From the NCBI GenBank assembly GCA_963716565.1, contig OY970318.1, forward strand, positions 830 to 64,829: a DNA stretch of 64,000 nt. Direction: 5' to 3'. A program made the position numbers and the translations under genes. This document shows, piece by piece, positions 58,219 to 64,000 of this stretch. The notes under the pieces are model-generated. The model was not told the DNA's origin, did no database searches, and saw nothing but the letters and a program-made list of their open reading frames with translations. Numbering within the stretch: position 1 is the stretch's first letter; the number at the start of each line of letters is the position of its first letter. The DNA comes from an uncultured Candidatus Saccharibacteria bacterium. GTDB lineage: Bacteria; Patescibacteriota; Saccharimonadia; Saccharimonadales; CAIOMD01.

Positions 58219-60000
58219 TTATTGTTCTTGTAAGAAACCACCGGATTGATGGTTCCAAAGGGTGGCGTATAAGCCTTTTTTGTCTAAAAGCTCTTGGTGG
58301 GTGCCTTCTTCTACAATCTTGCCTTCATCTAAAACAACAATACGGTCAAGCCTCTGCACGGTACTTAGGCGGTGAGCTACTACGATGGCGGTGTTGTCTT
58401 CCATTAGTTTCCATAAAGCATCTTGGATTAGTTTTTCGCTATCACTATCCAGGGCGCTGGTGGCTTCGTCTAAAACTAGGATAGGAGAATTTTTTAACAT
58501 AGCTCTGGCAATGGCTACGCGTTGGCGCTGGCCACCGCTCAACTTAACACCGCGCTCACCAACCAAGGTGTCGTATTTGTTTGGCAAACTTTCAATAAAG
58601 TCATCGGCGTGCGCTTGCTTGGCAGCCTTAACTATTGCAGCTTTGGTAGCTTTAGGCTTACCGAACTGAATGTTTTCTAGCAACGTACGATGAAATAGAA
58701 TTGGCTCCTGTGGAACATAGGCAATAGCTTGGCGCAAATCTTGCTGGCGAAGCTGGCTAATATCTTGTCCGTCAATTAATATTTTGCCATCATCCAAATC
58801 CATAAACCGTAAAATTAACTTAGTTATAGTTGTCTTGCCACCGCCGCTAGGGCCAATTAGGCCAACCTTTTCTTTAGGCTTAATATGCAAAGAAACGCCA
58901 TCAAATAAGCTACTAGCATTGTTTTCGTGAGTGAACTTCACGTTTTCGAACACAATGTTGCCGGCCTTAATATTAGCTTCAATTGGATTCTGCACATCCA
59001 CTACCTCAACTGGCTGGTTAAGCATATATAAAGTTTCGGCCGCTTCACTCAAATAGCTCTCGATACTTCGCCATAGGCGGTTTAGGTCCCAGATATTTTT
59101 AGACAACATCGAGAAATAATTAAAGGATAAGAAAACAACACTAGCTGGGGCCCCCCAGGATTTATAAGCGACAACCGCAAGTAGCAACGACACGGTATTT
59201 ATCAAAACATAAAAAGGTGCCGTCATGGTGTCGACGTGCAGGTTGTGATAATTCCAAGCTTCCTTGCGAGCTTGTCGAATATTCTCGGTAGCCTGGTGAT
59301 AGCGAGCAACCTCTATATCTTCATTGGCGAAAGCTTTAATAGTGCTGGCATTGGTTATGGCATCGGCTAGCGCGGCAGTTTCTTCGCTTTCGTACTGGCT
59401 CCGCAACATATTTAGCTTTGAGCGCTTTCTGACCATCGGCCAACTTATGGCTATAAAAATACCTATAACAATATAAAAAGCAAAATAAACCCAAGGTGCC
59501 TTGGGTACCATCACTACACCCACAAATACCAGCGTTGCAATGACTCCAATTACGCTAAAAATAATTGTGTCATAAAAAGCCTGGAAGTTTTTGGTTAGTC
59601 GGCTAGAACGCGTGACCAGCGAACCCGAAAAATTATTATTGTGGAATGATGTAGAGCGATTGATAAGATCTTTAAAAGTTCGTTCGGCAACTTTTTGCAT
59701 CTGGTCGGATTCAAGGCGGAGCATAAAATGCATACCGATTCTTTCTAATATCTCACCGCTCAGCATACTAATTGCTACAAAAGCTACGGGCTTGATTAAG
59801 TCGCTAGTTGTTATGGACGAAATAACGACTTTATCTAAGATGCTTGCCACGAATAAGCCTGGTACGTAAGACGATAGCAAGTTACTGCCGCTAGTTAAGA
59901 ATATCGGCAGTAGGGCATCTACGGGTCGCTCCATTGCTACACGTATGTAGAATTTAGCGGCGCCCCATAAAGATAATTTGTCGCGGTCAGGTTTTTCCAA
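58219..60000 (-). CDS. ABC exporter, fused permease/ATPase (MsbA/multidrug type)
   Basis: A six-TM N-terminal half is followed by GPSGGGKTT, LSGGQRQRVAIARA and ILVLDEATSALD. The start is a TTG and is uncertain. Confidence 0.9.
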   Translation of the reverse strand: MEKPDRDKLSLWGAAKFYIRVAMERPVDALLPIFLTSGSNLLSSYVPGLFVASILDKVVISSITTSDLIKPVAFVAISMLSGEILERIGMHFMLRLESDQMQKVAERTFKDLINRSTSFHNNNFSGSLVTRSSRLTKNFQAFYDTIIFSVIGVIATLVFVGVVMVPKAPWVYFAFYIVIGIFIAISWPMVRKRSKLNMLRSQYESEETAALADAITNASTIKAFANEDIEVARYHQATENIRQARKEAWNYHNLHVDTMTAPFYVLINTVSLLLAVVAYKSWGAPASVVFLSFNYFSMLSKNIWDLNRLWRSIESYLSEAAETLYMLNQPVEVVDVQNPIEANIKAGNIVFENVKFTHENNASSLFDGVSLHIKPKEKVGLIGPSGGGKTTITKLILRFMDLDDGKILIDGQDISQLRQQDLRQAIAYVPQEPILFHRTLLENIQFGKPKATKAAIVKAAKQAHADDFIESLPNKYDTLVGERGVKLSGGQRQRVAIARAMLKNSPILVLDEATSALDSDSEKLIQDALWKLMEDNTAIVVAHRLSTVQRLDRIVVLDEGKIVEEGTHQELLDKKGLYATLWNHQSGGFLQEQ

Positions 60001-60164
60001 TTGCTTCTCCTGCTTTAATTTGAATGCCGGTAGGCCATAAATGGCACCAGTTTATAAAAGAATTTGTCTTTCATAATTGAGCGGATCGGTGCTTGCCGAT
60101 CATCAACATAAGTGGTTTAAGTTTACCACCCCTGTATAATAGATTCAAGTAAGAGTTTTCATCT

Positions 60165-61652
60165 ATGAACAAGAGTTTAAAAGCTAAATTAGCCACCTTG
60201 CCCAGAGCGCCCGGCGTATATTTTCACAAAAATACTAAAGGCGAGATTATTTATGTTGGCAAAGCTGCAAACTTAAAAAACAGAGTACGACAATATTTTC
60301 AGGCTAGCCGCTTACGCGACCCTAAAACAGACTTGTTAGTACAAGAAATTACCGATACCGATTGGCAGGTGGTAGATAGCGAAGCCGAAGCTTTGTTTTT
60401 AGAAGCTGAGCTAGTAAAGCGTTATTTGCCCAAGTACAACATTTTGCTGAGGGACGATAAGGCTTCTATATATATTCGGATTGATTTAACTAGCCGAACT
60501 CCAGCAGTCACTACAACCCGACGGCCGATAGATGATGGTGCTAAATATTGGGGTCCCTTTTGGCACGCCGGCGCAGTTAATAAAGCTTTACGCTATCTAC
60601 GTAAAGCCTTTCCGTACTCTACGCATGTTCACCTGCCAAACCGGGCTTGTTTGCAATATCACTTAGGCCTATGCCCGGGGCCCGAAACTACCGAATATAA
60701 CCGCCAAGCATACCTTGCAAATCTAAAAAAGCTAATTATGTTTATAGAAGGCAAAAGCTCCAGGGTTATAAAAACTCTAGAAAAAGAAATGCAAGCAGTA
60801 GCCAAACAGCATAATTACGAACAGGCAGCTATCTTGCGTAATCAGCTAAGAGCGCTAAAAGAACTTCAAACTCAAATTATATTTGGCGACAGTGAGCTAA
60901 TGGACTTATCTAAAGACCACGCCCTGGCTGATATAGCTAAACTACTTAGTTTAAAAATGCCACCGAAGAGAATAGAGGGTTACGATATTAGTCATTGGCA
61001 GGGTACGGATAGTGTTGCCAGTATGGTGGTTTTTAAGAATGGCACGCCAGCTAAACAAGATTACCGCAAATTTAAGATGAGGCTTATTGGCAATGATGAT
61101 TATGCCCATATGCACGAAGTTATTTTGCGTCGGTTCCAGCCCAAGAACATTAAGGCTTGGGGATTGCCGAGCTTAATTATTATTGATGGCGGCAAAGGCC
61201 AGCTGGCGGCTGCCATAAAAGCTCTGACGGTTGTAAGCAGGCAGGTGCCGATCATTGGTTTAGCCAAAAGATTCGAACAGATAATAGTTGATAATAAACA
61301 AAGCCAAGTTGTTGCGTCTAATAAAACCATTCAGCGATTAGGCGGCTTTGCTAACCAAAGCAGCGATTATTTGGTGATTGATTTACCGGTCGCCAGCCAT
61401 ACCGTCAAGTTGTTGCAACGCATCCGCGATGAAGCCCATCGCTTTGCGGTAAGCTACCAATCGTCTATAAAAATTAAGCGTCAATCAACTAGCATCTTAG
61501 ATAGCATCCCTGCCATTGGGCCCATTACCAAGAAGAAGCTCTTAAAACATTTTGGCTCTGTAAAAGCTCTCGAAACTGCTAGTTTGAAAAATTTAACCGA
61601 GCTAGTAGGCAAACATCGGGCTCAAATCATCAAGCAATATTTTTCACAGTGA
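60165..61652 (+). CDS. uvrC: Excinuclease ABC subunit C (495 aa, short form)
   Basis: The GIY-YIG region reads GVYFHKNTKGEIIYVGKAANLKNRV.QYF. The UVR-like segment is YEQAAILRNQLRAL. The endonuclease region has IEGYDISH...IIDGGKGQ. The C-terminal HhH reads IPAIGPITKKKLLKHFGS. Confidence 0.9.
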   Translation: MNKSLKAKLATLPRAPGVYFHKNTKGEIIYVGKAANLKNRVRQYFQASRLRDPKTDLLVQEITDTDWQVVDSEAEALFLEAELVKRYLPKYNILLRDDKASIYIRIDLTSRTPAVTTTRRPIDDGAKYWGPFWHAGAVNKALRYLRKAFPYSTHVHLPNRACLQYHLGLCPGPETTEYNRQAYLANLKKLIMFIEGKSSRVIKTLEKEMQAVAKQHNYEQAAILRNQLRALKELQTQIIFGDSELMDLSKDHALADIAKLLSLKMPPKRIEGYDISHWQGTDSVASMVVFKNGTPAKQDYRKFKMRLIGNDDYAHMHEVILRRFQPKNIKAWGLPSLIIIDGGKGQLAAAIKALTVVSRQVPIIGLAKRFEQIIVDNKQSQVVASNKTIQRLGGFANQSSDYLVIDLPVASHTVKLLQRIRDEAHRFAVSYQSSIKIKRQSTSILDSIPAIGPITKKKLLKHFGSVKALETASLKNLTELVGKHRAQIIKQYFSQ

Positions 61653-61656
61653 CTTA

Positions 61657-61699
61657 TCTAGCGTCTATCATCCATCATCTAGCGTCTAATTTGGTATAA
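61657..61699 (+). promoter_or_regulatory. Five phased heptamers plus an extended -10 (TGgTATAAT), third copy of the motif
   Basis: The heptamers ctagcgt ctatcat ccatcat ctagcgt ctaattt are followed by GGTATAAT (61692-61699). The array starts 5 nt after the uvrC stop. The ATG at 61714 lies 14 nt after the -10. Confidence 0.6.
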
Positions 61700-61713
61700 T
61701 AGGCAACTGACTC

Positions 61714-62077
61714 ATGACAAAAACTTTTTTCAGATTTTCAATCAGATGGTTCGCCAATAGCTTGGGCCTGTATGTAGCCGCTCGAATTTTTGAATTAGTA
61801 GATTATCAGAATCGTTGGGGAGTTATTATCACGGCCGGTTTAGTCTTGGCAATTCTTAATATTCTTATAAGGCCGGTGTTGATTATTTTTACCTTGCCAG
61901 CCATCGCTCTAACCTTGGGTATTTTTATGATTGTCATTAATGGGCTTAATTGTTTCGCTAGCTAGTTGGCTGTACGAATCATTGCAGGTTAGCTCTTTTT
62001 GGGCGGCAATGCTTGTGGGTATAGTCATTGGGCTGGTAAACTATATAGTATCGGTCGTCACCGAGCGGTTGGAGTAA
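61714..62077 (+). pseudogene. DUF360/'phage holin family 4'-like membrane protein with a +1 frameshift caused by a GCTA tetranucleotide duplication
   Basis: The ORF 61714-61965 ends ...INGLNCFAS*. The next frame continues ASWLYESLQVSSFWAAMLVGIVIGLVNYIVSVVTERLE* (61961-62077). Removing one GCTA of tcGCTAGCTAgttgg (61957-61964) restores a single ~120-aa ORF. Confidence 0.65.
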
Positions 62078-62080
62078 AGC

Positions 62081-62299
62081 ATGAGCAATATTTATAATTA
62101 CATAACAGTTGGAATGGCCATATTCTTAACGTTGTTGATTTTAATGCAAACAAGGGGCGCCGGCTTGGGCGCTGGTTTTGGTAGTGCTGGCGAAATAGAA
62201 ACTGTCCGCCGCGGCTCAGACAAAACTTTGTTTCAAATGACCGTTGTTTCGGCCATTATCTTTGTGGTGTCAATCATTCTGGGGATTATCGCCCAATAG
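62081..62299 (+). CDS. secG: Preprotein translocase subunit SecG
   Basis: The 72-aa protein reads ...LTLLILMQTRGAGLGAGFGSAGE.....RG.DK.L...T.V.A.IF, which fits the SecG pattern. Confidence 0.8.
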   Translation: MSNIYNYITVGMAIFLTLLILMQTRGAGLGAGFGSAGEIETVRRGSDKTLFQMTVVSAIIFVVSIILGIIAQ

Positions 62300-62305
62300 A
62301 GGCAT

Positions 62306-64000
62306 ATGAGAATTAAATATACGCGGCTAAAATTGCGCCGTGACATCCGAGCTCGTAAACGAAAATTTATTAACTTTAGCCAAATTGCCAACAAACAGCT
62401 AGATAGGCATATTTTTAGACGTTGGCATAATTTTAAATACGCAGTTAAATTCGCCTTTGTTTGGGTCGGGCTAGTAGTAATTTTAATGATTGCGGTAGCT
62501 TTTCAAACCCTTCAACTCGGTAGTCACTATTTAGTTACCCAGCCAGTTGCCGGCGGAGTTTATATCGAAGGCATCATTGGCCATTTTAGTAATGCCAACC
62601 CAATTTATGCCACCACCGATATTGATACGGCAGTAAGTAAATTGCTGTTTGACTCGCTGTTTACCTACGATAGCAACAATAATTTGGCTGGTGATTTGGC
62701 TGTTAGCTGGGGGCTAGACGATAGGGAGTTGGTTTATACGGTTAATCTAAAACCAGGGATTGTTTGGCACGATGGCCAGCCCTTTACTAGTGACGACGTG
62801 GTGTTCACCTACCAAACAATTCAAAACCCAGATGCTAAATCGCCATTTTTGGCCAACCTATCGGGCGTAACCGTCGAAAAAATTGATAGCCTAACAGTTC
62901 GTTTTACCTTGGCTAATGCTTATGCAGCTTTCCCGCACTCTCTAACTAATGGCATATTGCCTTACCACCTTCTAAAAGATGTACCGGCTGTAGAATTACG
63001 TAGCGCTGCCTTTAACACAAAATCGCCAGTTGGTACTGGACCTTTTGAGTGGGAAAGTGTAACTGTTGACGAAGGCCGCCAAGCCGATGTTATTCAGCTA
63101 TCTAATTTTGATCGTTACCACGACGGTCAACCCAAGTTGGACGGTGTGACTTTTAAAACTTATCCCAACGACAAAAGCCTACTCGATGCCCTAGCGTCTA
63201 AAAAGGTAATTACGGCAGCCGGTTTAGACGTTGCCGATACTGATTACGATAACGACTATGAGCTAACCGGCTTTAACTTAATGAGCGCCAATATGCTGTT
63301 TCTAAAGACCACCAGCCCGCTTCTGGTTGACATAAATGTTCGACAAGCTTTGGTAAAAGCTACCGATGTGCCATCGCTTTTAACAACTATTGGCTACCCA
63401 GTCATACCAGTAACCGAACCAATTTTGAACTCGCAGATTGGCTATAACCCGGCTTATCAGCAGTTTCGCTTTAATCAGGCAGCGGCTATTCAGCAGCTAG
63501 AGAGTGTTGGCTGGGCTTTGCCGGCTGGCGAACAGTTCAGAGTAAAAAATGGCCAACAGTTAACAATTAGTTTGGCTTACCAGAACAAGCGGGACTTTTC
63601 GTTACTGGTTAAACTTTTGCAAGAACAGTGGGCTCAGGTAGGGGTAAATTTGGTAGTTAATGTAACCCAAACGGCTGAAGATAGCCAAAAATATATTGAT
63701 AGTCACGATTATGACGTACTGCTATATGGCATTAGTATCGGTGCCGACCCAGACGTTTACGTTTACTGGCACTCTAGCCAGATTACCGGTAGTGGCCAAA
63801 CTAGGTTAAACTTCTCGGAATATAAATCCTCAATTTCTGATATCGCCCTAGAGTCTGGTCGCTCGCGTTCCGACGTAGCTTTAAGATCGGCTAAATATCA
63901 ATCGTTCTTGGGCCGTTGGCAAAATGATGCTCCGGCCATTGGCTTGTATCAGCCTCGCTATTTGTATGTATCGAATCAGCATATTTATGGCATCGATGCC
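62306..64000 (+). CDS. ABC transporter substrate-binding protein, family 5 (peptide/nickel type), 3' end cut by the window edge
   Basis: The frame is open from ATG 62306 to the last base. I translated it and saw no stop. It is absent from the ORF track, presumably because no stop is reached. There is an N-terminal TM anchor. Motifs are L.GDLA.SW......Y.. .LK.G..WHDG.PFT..DV.F.Y, and later YD..L.G....DPD. Confidence 0.8.
   Translation, partial: MRIKYTRLKLRRDIRARKRKFINFSQIANKQLDRHIFRRWHNFKYAVKFAFVWVGLVVILMIAVAFQTLQLGSHYLVTQPVAGGVYIEGIIGHFSNANPIYATTDIDTAVSKLLFDSLFTYDSNNNLAGDLAVSWGLDDRELVYTVNLKPGIVWHDGQPFTSDDVVFTYQTIQNPDAKSPFLANLSGVTVEKIDSLTVRFTLANAYAAFPHSLTNGILPYHLLKDVPAVELRSAAFNTKSPVGTGPFEWESVTVDEGRQADVIQLSNFDRYHDGQPKLDGVTFKTYPNDKSLLDALASKKVITAAGLDVADTDYDNDYELTGFNLMSANMLFLKTTSPLLVDINVRQALVKATDVPSLLTTIGYPVIPVTEPILNSQIGYNPAYQQFRFNQAAAIQQLESVGWALPAGEQFRVKNGQQLTISLAYQNKRDFSLLVKLLQEQWAQVGVNLVVNVTQTAEDSQKYIDSHDYDVLLYGISIGADPDVYVYWHSSQITGSGQTRLNFSEYKSSISDIALESGRSRSDVALRSAKYQSFLGRWQNDAPAIGLYQPRYLYVSNQHIYGIDA

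Overview
The window is 64 kb of a compact bacterial genome. Background GC is roughly 43-45% by eye, TGA is used as a stop codon, and many genes overlap as ATGA. Housekeeping proteins are shortened (AlaRS 668 aa, UvrC 495 aa), there are giant surface proteins, and there is a lone type IV pilin. This looks like a CPR/Patescibacteria genome, possibly Saccharibacteria-like, but that is inference only. Order of content: (1) 1-11391 holds two tandem giant repeat-rich surface-protein genes. The second (2526 aa) ends in a histidine-kinase core. Both carry very recent internal tandem duplications (5 x 444 bp and 2 x 711 bp) and share a ~1.3-kb near-identical block. (2) 11489-21095 holds an 1855-aa RCC1-repeat/FN3 surface protein, a MacB/FtsX-type ABC pair, a YabE-like G5/3D protein and rsmA. 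(3) 21110-24156 holds a DEAD-box helicase, two orphan ORFs, tmRNA (23384-23770) and a GIY-YIG protein. (4) 26250-27100 is a ~0.85-kb high-GC (~60%) island encoding three small membrane proteins. (5) A secreted protein and a pilin follow, then metG, tatD and a cysteine desulfurase. (6) 32062-37883 is an F1-type ATPase operon (b, delta, alpha, gamma, beta, epsilon). It has no a subunit, and an odd secreted-domain plus c-like hairpin protein sits where atpE normally lies. (7) mnmA is followed by a ~2-kb cassette at 38963-41022: inverted heptamer arrays, a Pro-rich ORF, a ~450-nt GC-rich structured non-coding region and a retron-type reverse transcriptase. alaS comes next. (8) The remainder is ftsA, ruvX, mltG, a LysM-CHAP hydrolase, obg, sbcB, uvrA, a frameshifted DedA gene, a doubly frameshifted 5'-nucleotidase-like gene, an ABC exporter, uvrC, a frameshifted DUF360-like gene, secG and a partial peptide-binding SBP. 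Best leads: the retron-like RT with its oversized ncRNA and no recognisable effector; the adhesin-histidine kinase fusion; the a-less ATPase operon with a carboxylate-less c-like fusion protein; the high-GC islet; and the phased heptamer arrays (CYAWYRT x5) abutting extended -10 promoters at three loci. All protein family calls come from reading motifs by eye. No database search was run.
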